A stretch of 63,956 bases of DNA, counting the filler, from Octopus bimaculoides (Eukaryota), in the NCBI RefSeq assembly GCF_001194135.2. It is 6 parts of 5 records of this genome, joined end to end, with 100 filler letters (N's around TTAATTAATTAA, not from the genome) between each part and the next. Parts side by side here need not be neighbours in the genome. Positions count along the whole stretch, not along the records: positions 1 to 24,914 come from NC_068991.1; 5 more parts are not named here. One strand, 5' to 3'. The notes below the pieces were generated by a model, which had not been told where the DNA came from, made no database searches, and saw only the letters and a program-made list of their open reading frames with translations. The translations under genes and the position numbers were made by a program. Positions 13,718 to 25,014 of this stretch are shown here, piece after piece (the stretch's first letter is position 1; each line of letters begins with the position of its first letter).

Positions 13718-13962
13718 GTGAGTAAGAATTTTGTTTGTTCCATGACCTTTGACACTGTGGTAACTAGTGAAAGGAAATTTGAGCTATTATACATGAATTC
13801 TCTTTGTGATATTCTCTATTGATGTATAAGGATGTACATGGAGTTCTAATTGTTTGGCCGTTTAAATTACAATATACTATACTGTATTATACTATACTAT
13901 ACCATGCTATATATAAAGATGGATGGATGAATGGATGGACAGACAAACAGATGGACACACGT

Positions 13963-14002
<40 letters not shown>

Positions 14003-14063
14003 ACATACACACACACATACACATAGATAGATTGATAGATATACATATTATTATTATTATTAT

Positions 14064-14610
14064 TGAGTGAGAGAGCAGTGCATGCTATCAAAGTGACACT
14101 GGGGTAAAATATACGAAGCCCAGTATAACCATCATGACTACCCGTCTGATAAGGGTACACAAGGCACATGCATCACAACCGTGTGTGCGCGACATGGTGA
14201 TCTCATATCAAGATAAACAGCGCATGACCTCGCAGGTGGGGCCCAGTTAGAATTTTCTTCAGGTCAAGTAGCCCATCCCGCTCAAAAGGTCCCTGAATAA
14301 GGTTTGTTTAAGGATGTTGAGCAAAACACCCATGTTTCCAAAGGTGNNNNNNNNNNNNNNNNNNNNNNNNNNNNNNNNNNNNNNNNNNNNNNNNNNNNNN
14401 NNNNNNNNNNNNNNNNNNNNNNNNNNNNNNNNNNNNNNNNNNNNNNNNNNNNCATGCTCAACTGGTTAAGGTCAAACAACTGAGAAGCAAATCTGTGGTA
14501 TTAAGCTGTAGCCCATCTTTTTATACCAAGACAAAACAATGTACATGATAACACTTCCAATCAATTAAGACCAGAAGCCATGAGAGCCACTGCCTGGTAC
14601 TGCATCCGGG

Positions 14611-14612
<2 letters not shown>
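14064..14612. mobile_element. ~550-bp interspersed repeat of unknown class, flanked on both sides by (TAT)n (contains gap 14347-14452)
   Basis: Complex CpG-containing sequence bounded sharply by (TAT)n tracts. It matches a high-copy octopus repeat in my recollection, which is unverified. Confidence 0.55.
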
Positions 14613-14648
<36 letters not shown>

Positions 14649-14649
<1 letters not shown>

Positions 14650-15508
14650 GAAGTGGTATTAAAAGGTTCCCAGACTAATTATGTTTAATCAAAAATAACT
14701 TATTTACCTAAGTTTTAACATCATCTCCTTTGAAATAGTCCCCCTGTGCTGCAAGGAATCTAGCCTGGAAGTTATTTTCTTTAATCAAGTTGAGAACCTT
14801 CTGTGATTTGCTCTGAATCTTGACAACATTGTTAAAACAGTGACCTTTGAGTTGCATTTTCATCATGGGGTAGAGATGGAAGGAAGCGATACCACGTTGT
14901 TTAGCAAGAAACTCATGAGCGAGGAGAGCTTGATGATGGGGGGTGCATTGTCATCTTTGTGCCCCACAGATCTGGTCACTTTTGCTGAATGTCCTCTCTC
15001 AAACATTGTAGTAGAACTCTTGATTGACAATCTGGCCCTGGAGGACGAATTCTTGATGCACAATACCACATTTCCCAGGGTGACACTTGTGGCAGGTCTT
15101 CGAGATTGCTCATTGTTTTTCAGGATGTTGTTCCACTTTTGAAGTGCTCATGCCACTTGAAACATTGCATACGACCCATTACCTCATTGTTGTAAGCCTG
15201 TTGAAACATGCTCAAAGTCTCTGTAGCAGACTTCTCAAGTTTAAAGCAAAATTTCACATTGGCACTTTCTACTTGTCCATGACAAAATTACATGTATACT
15301 GTATACAGCATGTATACTGTATACTAGAGTATACATGTGATAAAAAAAAACACAAATTTAGCAACTTGTAAAGTAAACACAGTGATGTCACTCAGCACAC
15401 TGCCTCATGAAGGTCACTGCTAACTCTCACTGTGCATGCAACTGTATACTGCCATCCATTGGTGCACTACAGAATTAATCTGGAAACTTTTTTTTTGATA
15501 CCACCTCA
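14649..15508 (-). mobile_element. Mariner-type deletion derivative inserted in (TAT)n
   Basis: TIRs tgaagtggtattaaaaggttcccagactaatt / aattaatctggaaac...gataccacctca, with TA on both sides. Minus strand DDNAPPIIKLSS...LLNNVVSLP. Confidence 0.78.
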
Positions 15509-15865
<357 letters not shown>

Positions 15866-16058
15866 AGGTGGTGAGCTGACAGAATTGTTAGCATGCCAGG
15901 CAAAATGCTTGGCAGCATTTTGTCCGTCTTTATGTTCTGAGTTCAAATTCCACTGAGGTTGACTTTTCATCCTTTCAGGGTCAATAAATTAAGCACCAGT
16001 GAAACACTGGGGTTGATGTAATCAACTAGTCTCTCTCCTTGTGCCTTTAGTAGAAAAG

Positions 16059-16060
<2 letters not shown>
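15866..16060 (+). mobile_element. SINE family ggtggcgagctggcagaatcgttagc...; other copies at about 5-150, 23866-24050, 25249-25356(-), 30665-30840(-), 58260-58400(-) and 59480-59820(-)
   Basis: Recurrent gttctgagttcaaattc...gactttgcctttcatcc block. Confidence 0.8.
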
Positions 16061-16115
<55 letters not shown>

Positions 16116-16499
16116 TTGCTTAGGCATAACAATACTAACAACCTGGTCTTACAATGTTACAACTCAATATACATATGCTTCAGAGCAAAGTATCAGCTGA
16201 GTGCAGAGCAGTAAAATAAAAATAACAAATGAAAAGAAATTATGTCATAAACTTCATTAACTTACAGCTGCTTCTGCCATAAGATTCAATACCCTCATAG
16301 TTGAATGCTTGTGTATGATTCTATAGATTCATTGGAGCTTCAAACATGAAGTGCAATTTTATTTGAGAAAGCATTTACATTTATATATATATATATATGA
16401 GCCTGGTGTTGCCATCCGGTTTCACCAGTCCTCAGTCAAATCGTCCAACCCATGCTAGCATGGAAAGCGGACGTTAAACGATGATGATGATGATGATGA

Positions 16500-16547
<48 letters not shown>

Positions 16548-16549
<2 letters not shown>

Positions 16550-17470
16550 GCAGCAAATCATTACCAACAAAAAAGCATAAACATATTGGGAAATGAATTC
16601 AGGAGATTAGTATTTAAAAATCTGATGGCTAACGGTAATAACAGAATTACGGAGGGGGAGCAATAAGCAGCAATAATAACATTGCAATTAGTAACAGAGT
16701 TTTTAACCTCTCTTCCTCTAAAGAAATTTTCAAGAAGGCGGCCCCCCTACTACACCAATGCTCTAGCCAATAGTGGCTTTAAGGATAAATTTATATATTA
16801 CCCCTCTAATATTAACAAGAATAATAACAATAAACCTAAAAATAAACTTAGGAAAATAATTTGGTTGCTCCCCCCACTTTCCCTTTATGTGAAAACTCCT
16901 AGACAAACATTTTCCAGAAAAATCACAGGCACAGGAAAATATTTAACAAGCACTCAGTGAAATTATCATGTAGCTGCTGCCCAATATGGAAAGCATCATT
17001 ACATGAGGACAACACCAATAGCCTACTCCCAGTGGTAACTGTTGAGACCCAGAAACCTGTCCACTTGACCAGGAATGTATGATTAAATCCATCATATATG
17101 AGGTAGAAGATACAGCAACACCAGATGATAACATAACCAGTAAGAAGAGCTATATTGGACTATGTGAAAGCAAATTCAAAAATTGCTATGTTAATCACAT
17201 ATCTTCCTTCGAACACCGGGACAAAAGTAAAGCTACTAAGTTGGCTAACCATGTATGGGATTTGAAGTTGATACCATACCACATACAATAAAATGATAAA
17301 TAATCAGAAAACCCATACTATATGTTAATGGATCAAAAAAAGGTAAGCTATGCATAGCTTAAAGAACTCAGATCCTTTTCAGATCTAAGAACTCTAACAC
17401 ACTGCTGAGTTCTAGATCAAAAATTTTCAGCAGTTGTAAGCATATGACTAAGTTCCTGTTGACAAATCAG
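16548..17470 (+). mobile_element. Degenerate Penelope-like retroelement 3' fragment (linker + GIY-YIG endonuclease)
   Basis: Across frameshifts: SKEIFKKAAPYYTNALANSGFKDKF, KLRKIIWLLPP, CPLDQECMIKSIIYEV...SYIGLCESKFKNCYVNHISSF...TKLANHVWDLK, and a C-terminal SRSKIFSSCKHMTKFLL. Several stops. The 5' end abuts (TA)n. Confidence 0.85.
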
Positions 17471-17903
17471 AAAGTGTCACCCTCTCCAGGTTGAACAGCT
17501 GTACAACAGACTCTAATCCACTATCTTTTCAGCCTTATATTTTATGTTCAAAGGGGATATAACTCTAATTCTCCCTCCCCACTTTTGCTGCTTACTATTT
17601 TCTTTTTCATTTTCCAGCTTTTCAACCTTCCACCTTTGTATCTACTTCTTTCTTGCCTTTTCTCTCATGCCATCATTCCATTTTTAGTTTGTTATGTCAT
17701 GTGAGCAGTGCCAGATGTGTTAAAAAATACTGTCTGACATACTCACATCACATGAAACTAACAGTAGCACATAAATAAATATTGTGTTTATTAAATAACA
17801 TTTATCTCTCACTAGATAGATTACTTTTTTTGTTGATTTTACCATCACGGACCAATACATTATATATATACATATATGTATATGCATGTATATATAACCT
17901 TTA

Positions 17904-17940
<37 letters not shown>

Positions 17941-18008
17941 ATAGTATATAATATATGTATTTGATAAATTTAATTCTTAAACCATCTCATTTGCTTTTGA
18001 TTCTGCAG

Positions 18009-18169
18009 TATCTTTACAGTCGAGTGATATTCAAGATTGATGAAAAATGTAAAGAATATGTCAATAATATCTTGCTAACAGTAGCCAAATTGAATGTAAA
18101 ACAACTTGGTTTTGATAATGTTGCAGAGCATCTCATCATTTCAATCCTGTCAACATACATTTTAAGCAG
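18009..18169 (+). CDS. CFAP92: CFAP92-like exon 7 (YLYSRVIFKIDEKCKEYVNNILLTVAKLNVKQLGFD...ILSTYILS)
   Basis: Acceptor gattctgcag, donor gtagag at 18170, phase 0 in and phase 2 out, consistent with the flanking exons. Confidence 0.8.
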
Positions 18170-18313
18170 GTAGAGAAATATGTACATTCAGTCTCTGATT
18201 CTTTATAGGGGTGCTGTTGGCTCTTTGTTAATTAGGTTTTTTTTAAATTTTAAATATATTTTGGTGTGTTTGTGTTTTATATAGTTTATATACAATATAT
18301 ATATATATATATT

Positions 18314-18786
18314 ATTACTAATACCACATACTTAATGTATGTGTGTTGTTTAAAAGCTAGAAGTTGTGGTTTATTGTGAAGGAAAATATCCCTTTAAACA
18401 TGTACAATGTTAAAAACTACAATATACTTCAGAACTAAGCATAACAAAATCACCCTGGAGGTGATCAAGGAAGCAGTAAAAATATATTCCGTTGTATTTG
18501 CAGCTTATCAGTACTGTGCACTTGAGTCACTTCTGAAATGAAATTGAAATCTCTAGCCTGAAGTATATACAGATAGTGTAAAAACTATTTGCCAACTTGC
18601 AATGTTGCTGCACAATTAGAATTCAAATTATGCAATTGAAGCAAACATGTAGTGTTTAAACATCAGAAGCTGCAGTTTGTTGTCCAGGAAAAATCCCTTT
18701 AGTAATGTATAATGTTAAAAAACACTGTAAACTGCAGCTTCTGGTTTTAAATAACACACATATATTAAGTAGGTGGTATTGGTAAT
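18314..18786. mobile_element. MITE with ~60-bp terminal inverted repeats and an internal duplication
   Basis: attactaataccacatacttaatgtatgtgtgttgtttaaaa versus ttttaaataacacacatatattaagtaggtggtattggtaat. Confidence 0.65.
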
Positions 18787-18832
18787 GCTTACATTGAAGA
18801 GTTGTTTCAGTTGCATAGTCCTAATCAGTATA

Positions 18833-19345
18833 CAGGGTGTCCCAGAACTAACAAGCTATTTCAGTGAAATTGGATAATGTTTTTGAAAACTCACTTTTAT
18901 TTATGTTTATCATGTTTAATTATGTGTTAAAAGTGTATACATTTTAAATTTTGTTTATAATTCTATAATCTTATTTTTATTCCTGTTGGATCCCATCTAT
19001 CTGTCCATGAGAGTTTTTTTTCAATTTGGCTGCAATTATTTTCTCTACCTCCATCCCCAGGATGGAACAATAGTTTAGCTAAACTTAACACATTCAGTTA
19101 GAAAGTGCAGGAGCTAACTCCTGAAATGCTTCAAAATGTGTTTCACAACACTAAGGATGCATTTGAAATTTGCAGCGATACAGTCAAAGCACATGTTGGA
19201 AATTTTCAATAAATTTTTGACATAAGATTTATAAATCTATTTGTTTTGGTGTCATAATTAATTAATAAGTATAAAATTCTATTAGTTTTTGTTTTTAAAT
19301 TTGCCTGATTTCATTGAAATAGACAATTAATTCTGGGATACCCTG
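18833..19345 (+). mobile_element. Tc1-like non-autonomous element
   Basis: TA-flanked TIRs cagggtgtcccagaactaacaagctatttca / tgaaatagacaattaattctgggataccctg. Residual C-terminal LTPEMLQNVFHN. Confidence 0.75.
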
Positions 19346-19727
19346 TATTTTATATACTTAAAAAAATACCTTTTTATATTGCAACGTGTTTCTTTTTAGC
19401 ATTTTAAATATATCAAAAGATTACTGTTATTTATTTCATTGCCATTAATAAAACTGAAACATTATTTCAATATGGAAAATTAAGTGTTAAAACGATGATG
19501 ATGATGATGATGATGATGATGATAACAGCAACTGTAGCAGTGATGGTAGTGGTAGAGTTGGTGACACTGACAATGATGATGATGGCGGGAGAGGAGGAGG
19601 AGTAGCAGGAGAAGGAACTATAGTTTTGACCTTGTTACCAGAAGCTGTTGAATTAATTGCAGCATGTCGATTTTAGAATCTGAAACTGTAGGTTTGATCT
19701 TGATATGTAAAAACTATATGCATGAAA

Positions 19728-19810
<83 letters not shown>

Positions 19811-20373
19811 CCCGCGGCATGTGTAAGGACTTTCGAGCGAGATCGTTGCCAGTGCCCCTGGACTGGCTCTTGTGCGGGTGGCACATAAAATACACCATTT
19901 TGAGTGTGGCCGTTGCCAGTACCGCCTGACTGGCCTTTGTGCCGGTGGCACGTAAAAAGCATCCACTATNNNNNNNNNNNNNNNNNNNNNNNNNNNNNNN
20001 NNNNNNNNNNNNNNNNNNNNNNNNNNNNNNNNNNNNNNNNNNNNNNNNNNNNNNNNNNNNNNNNNNNNNNNNNNNNNNNNNNNNNNNNNNNNNNNNNNNN
20101 NNNNNNNNNNNNNNNNNNNNNNNNNNNNNNNNNNNNNNNNNNNNNNNNNNNNNNNNNNNNNNNNNNNNNNNNNNNNNNNNNNNNNNNNNNNNNNNNNNNN
20201 NNNNNNNNNNNNNNNNNNNNNNNNNNNNNNNNNNNNNNNNNNNNNNNNNNNNNNNNNNNNNNNNNNNNNNNNNNNNNNNNNNNNNNNNNNNNNNNNNNNN
20301 NNNNNNNNNNNNNNNNNNNNNNNNNNNNNNNNNNNNNNNNNNNNNNNNNNNNNNNNNNNNNNNNNNNNNNNNN

Positions 20374-21615
20374 GGTGCATAAGGTATTTGAAGATATACC
20401 TTTTTCGGGTCATTGCTGCATATTTTGCTAACTTTGTATAATCATCGTTTCAGAAAATAATAATGGCAGACCCTCAGCTTGCTCAAGAAATGAAGAGGCA
20501 TGCTGTTATTGTGGTTATAAAGACTGAGAATAGTGATTTAGAAATATCTTGAGTTTTAAAAGTTGCCAGATCTTTCGTCTACAAAATTTGCAAGGAGCTA
20601 GAGACTGAAGATGGAAACATATCACCAGTATCAAAGCATGGAAAGTGTTCTTTATGCTCTGAAATAATCAGAACACCTGAATTTATCCAGCAAGTTCAAC
20701 AGACCATTGATTACAATCCCAGAAAGTCCATGAGGTCAACTGAAAAAGATCTCTATTTGTCAGAAGGAACAGTCAGAAATGTTGTCCATGAAGACATCAA
20801 CTATAAGTCTTACATGATGAGGAAAAGTCAATTTGTCAGAAAAAGCAAAAGAAAATCACTACATCTAAAAGGCTCTTAAACAAGCTGAAAAATCCAGCAG
20901 AAGAAGATTTGATTTGGTTTTTCTCGAACGAGAAAAACTTCGACCAAGATCAAAAAGTCAACCGAAGAAATGACAGATGGTTATGTGCAGACCCTTCTGA
21001 AGTTCCAAGTGTTAGGCATACAAAATTTCCTGCAACTGTCATAGTTATAGAGGTTGTCAGCAATGAAGGACATGTGATACCGCCTTACTTCTTTCCACAA
21101 GCTGCTGCCTACATTGAGGTCCTGGAAATAATTGTTAAGCCTTGGATAGACAATGTATGCAATGGAAGGCCACATGTGTTTCAGTAAGACTCTGCACTAT
21201 CACACATGGCTCTAGTAACACAGGAATGGATGGTTGAAAATTTTCATGATCCCATAACCCCTAACATTTGGCCTCTTAATTCCCCAGATCTCAATCCATT
21301 GGACTATTACATGTGGAGCATTGTTGAAGGAGAGGTCAATGAACATATCCATAATATCAAAGATTCTATGAAAGCTGCCATAGTCAGAGTAATGTCCAAA
21401 ATGAACCAGGACCACTTGATTCGAGCATGTAGATGATTTAGATCTCATATAAAAGCAGTTGTTGAAACTGAAGGTGGCTTTATTGAATAACGTTATAGAA
21501 AAGGTTTATTTTTATCTACATAGCCTTTTTTGATAAATAAAGTTATTATCTGTTATCATATATCTGTTTTATTTTTATAAACATAAATCTGTCCTCAAAT
21601 ATCTTATGCACCCTG
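20374..21615 (+). mobile_element. Near full-length DD37D (maT) Tc1/mariner transposon with a disrupted transposase
   Basis: TIRs ggtgcataaggtatttgaagat / gtcctcaaatatcttatgcaccctg followed by TA. ATG at 20463; WFFSNEKNF; DSALSH...WPLNSPDLNPLDYY with 37 residues between the second and third D. Contains stops. Confidence 0.9.
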
Positions 21616-21873
21616 TATATATAGCTTATGTTAGCCTGGGGCTATAGTAGAAAGCACTTGCCCAAGGTGCTACACAGTGGGACTGAACCTGAAACCACAT
21701 GGTTGGGAATGTTTGAGAAATTTACTTCCAAATCATGAGGTCTTGGGTTCAATTCCACTATGTAGCATCTTAAGCAAGAGACTTTTACCATATTCTAGAA
21801 TTGACCCAAGCTTTGTGATTGTAACTGGATTGGCAAAAAGTGTGCAGAAGCTTGTTTGAGGATTGTACCTTAA

Positions 21874-22095
21874 CCCTTTTGATACCAACCTGACTGAAAC
21901 CTCCCCTGATTCTATTATATAAATTCCCTATTTTTAAGTGATCTAAATTAAAACCTTCCATCAAAATTTTATGGTAATTTATGTTCCGAATATCAGATTA
22001 ATAATGATATAGTTACTTTACTAAGTTTTTCATTATTCATGAAATTTGTTGAATCAAAGGCAGTGTATTTCAACAGAAATATGGTAACAAAAGGG
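21874..22095. mobile_element. piggyBac-type MITE
   Basis: TTAA-CCCTTTTGATACCA ... TGGTAACAAAAGGG. The right-hand target site is mutated. Confidence 0.65.
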
Positions 22096-24200
22096 CAAAA
22101 GTGTTAATTTAAAGTCCATATTTGTCACATTGTATCTTGCTGATTCTACCTAAGAATTATTCTAAGGGTACTTACTGTATCAGCCACTCACACACAAATT
22201 CAATGGACAGGAGATCAGTTGAACAAAAAAACTGAGTATTTATATCTGAAATCCATGCTGATTCAGTTATTTTTCTCCAGAAAACCCTATAGATATTACT
22301 GTATACAGTCCCACCTACTCTTATATAATGCAAGGTAGTCATGTACATGGGTGGGCCAAAAATCCCACACTAGAACATTTGACATTTATATTACCAGGGT
22401 CAATAAATTAAGTACCAGTGAAACACTGGGGTCGATGTAATTGACTAGTCCCCTCCTCCACAATCCCAGGCCTTGGGCCTATAGCATAAAGGGTTATTAT
22501 TATTATTCATTTCTTCATCTTGTACAAGTATGTGTATTCATCATTATATTACTTATTTTATTCAATTTAAAAATATAATTGAAGCATGTCCTTAACTATG
22601 CCAGAGCATATTGCCTCCCTCTTTACTATAGTTCCACTTATTTGAATGTGGGGGAGGGAATCTTTGCCTTGTGAGCCACATAGTACTGAGTCAATACAGT
22701 TGCCAGGGAAATAAGTAGTTTGATCATCATGGGACTCGTTGTACAATTTAAATCGATATACATATATGAAAATAATGAATATTCAGGGCCATAACTTTTG
22801 TTTGAATTACTGGGATGAGGTGTTATTGTTACTATACCCTTCAGGCAAGCGTTTTCATTTTGCTTGTTAGAGTCACAACATTTCAGCCAGTGAACTCATC
22901 AGTCTTCTTTATGCATCAGTTTTAAAATTTCAAACCAAAACCTTTATTAAATCTATTCATGGCAGAAGATTGTTCACACTCAGTTGTCCTTACCAGAGAT
23001 ATACTTGTATTAGTTATTCTCCTAATTGTGTTGTTGTTTTCTTATTCTTCTTGAATCAGAATATTTATAGATTGAATAAACCTAGAGATTGAATTCACAT
23101 CCATCAGAAAACACTTAATACTTACCCTTATATTCACTACTCCTTTGTCTTGTTGGTAAATTAGATATGGAAATTAGGAGTTTTCAACCTAATATTTTAT
23201 GGCTGTAGGTTTAATATCGTTACTTTCTTAATTAAAGACCTCCATATGATATTCATTACTATGCTAAATTGACTGAGGAGGTTATCAAAGTTTGACATAT
23301 GTGCTGATTCTTTCAATCATCTTATCTTCCAGTTTTGATCCTTATCAATTATTTTGATTTTGTTTCACAAAGGGTGGTAACTTTCTTTTCCCCGCCACAA
23401 ATAATCAGCCATAATCTGTGGGTATATACATGATTTGTGTCTCCCCTCAGACTGCAGCTTAGTGTTCCTTGAGCCTTACTCTTAGAGGGCAACTGGTCTC
23501 ACTTTATATTCACTGTCACAATTGCATGTGACAGAATATATATTTCCTGGTCATAATTTTATATGATCAAGTAGGAGAATAACTAATGTGAGAATATCCT
23601 TGGTATGAACATTAGAATATAAACAATGTATCCTCATGTATTTAATAAAAGATAAAGTTTGAAATTTCAAAAATATTACCAAATATAGCAAGCACCTGAA
23701 GAAGGCAGCAGGATACGACAACCACAATGTTGTGATATTAACAACTGAAATGAGGACGTTAGTCTGAACACATCAGTGTATAGTAATTTAAAGCCATTCA
23801 AAATAAGCAGAAAGTCATGGTTTATGTATACAATAAGCTCATTATTATTACTACTGTTGTAAAGTAGGGAGCTGGCAGAATTGTTAGCACACTAGGCAAA
23901 ATGCTTAGTGGCATTTTGTCTGTCTTTACATTCTGAGTTCAAATTCTACTGAGGTTGACTTTGCCTTTCATCCTTTTGGGGGGTCAATGAATTAAGAACC
24001 AGTTATGCAGTGGAGTTGAGGTAATTGACTAGTCTCCTCCCCTAAAACTTCAGATTATTACTACTGTTGTAGCTACTTAAAGACAATGATCTTTCTACAT
24101 AGTTTCCTCAATTCATACAAAGGCAAAACGTAAAACTAATATAAATTCTTTATACATCCTGAATTTTAGCAAATTAAAATATTCATTTTTTTTAATGCAG

Positions 24201-24343
24201 CCAACAACTAGCTGATCGTACATTAGACATAATCACAGGGTTCCATTTCATAGACCAACATCTGCACTTAATTGTACTTGAAGGACTCCAGACCAAAGCT
24301 ATTACTAAAGTGATTAAACTATTTCATGATATAAATGCTGAAG
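24201..24343 (+). CDS. CFAP92: CFAP92-like exon 8 (SQQLADRTLDIITGFHFIDQHLHLIVLEGLQTKAITKVIKLFHDINAE); gene continues beyond
   Basis: Acceptor tttttaatgcag, donor gtaaga at 24344. LDIITGFHxxDxxxHLxVLEGL is a conserved family motif. No stop codon is reached. Confidence 0.88.
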
Positions 24344-24579
24344 GTAAGACTCTACTTCACATTCTTACTATCTTTCATCTTTTACTTGTTTCAGTCATTT
24401 TAGACTGTGGCCATGCTGGAACACTGCCATGAAGAAATTTTAGTTGAATGAATCAATCCCAGTACTTATTTTTATTTTAAGCCTAGTATTTATTCTACTG
24501 GTCTCTTTTTACCAAACTACTAAGTTACAAGGATGCAAACACAAGTGGTGGTGGTGGTGGAGGACAAACATAGACACAC

Positions 24580-24868
24580 TTACACACATAAATATATATA
24601 TACATATATATATGTATATGTATAGATGTATGTGTATACATGCATATATATAGATGTATATGTATAGATGTATTTGTATATATGTATATATATATACATA
24701 TATATATATAGATTTATATGTATATATGTATTTATATGTATATATATATATATATGTGTGTATATATATGTATGTGTATATGTATAAATATGTGTATGCA
24801 TGTATATATGTGTATATATGTACAGATATATATGTATATATATATGTACGTATATATACATGTATGTA

Positions 24869-24914
<46 letters not shown>
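24580..24914. repeat. Degenerate (TA)/(TG) microsatellite ending the first scaffold piece
   Basis: Directly visible. One of many TA/CA/GA dinucleotide tracts in the window. Confidence 0.95.
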
Positions 24915-25014
24915 NNNNNNNNNNNNNNNNNNNNNNNNNNNNNNNNNNNNNNNNNNNNTTAATTAATTAANNNNNNNNNNNNNNNNNNNNNNNNNNNNNN
25001 NNNNNNNNNNNNNN
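24915..25014. other. Artificial scaffold-joining spacer (44 N + TTAATTAATTAA + 44 N)
   Basis: Exactly 100 nt. The palindromic 12-mer at 24959-24970 gives stop codons in all six frames, and the same layout occurs five times. Confidence 0.95.

Noticed and set aside
17455-17510. GAACAGCTGTA flanked by CTGTTG/CAACAG just after the PLE ORF end
   Set aside because: No CTGANGA core, and GAAA is incomplete.
24959-24970. Recurrent palindrome TTAATTAATTAA as a biological motif or PacI site
   Set aside because: Always centred in exactly 44+44 N, so it is an assembly linker.
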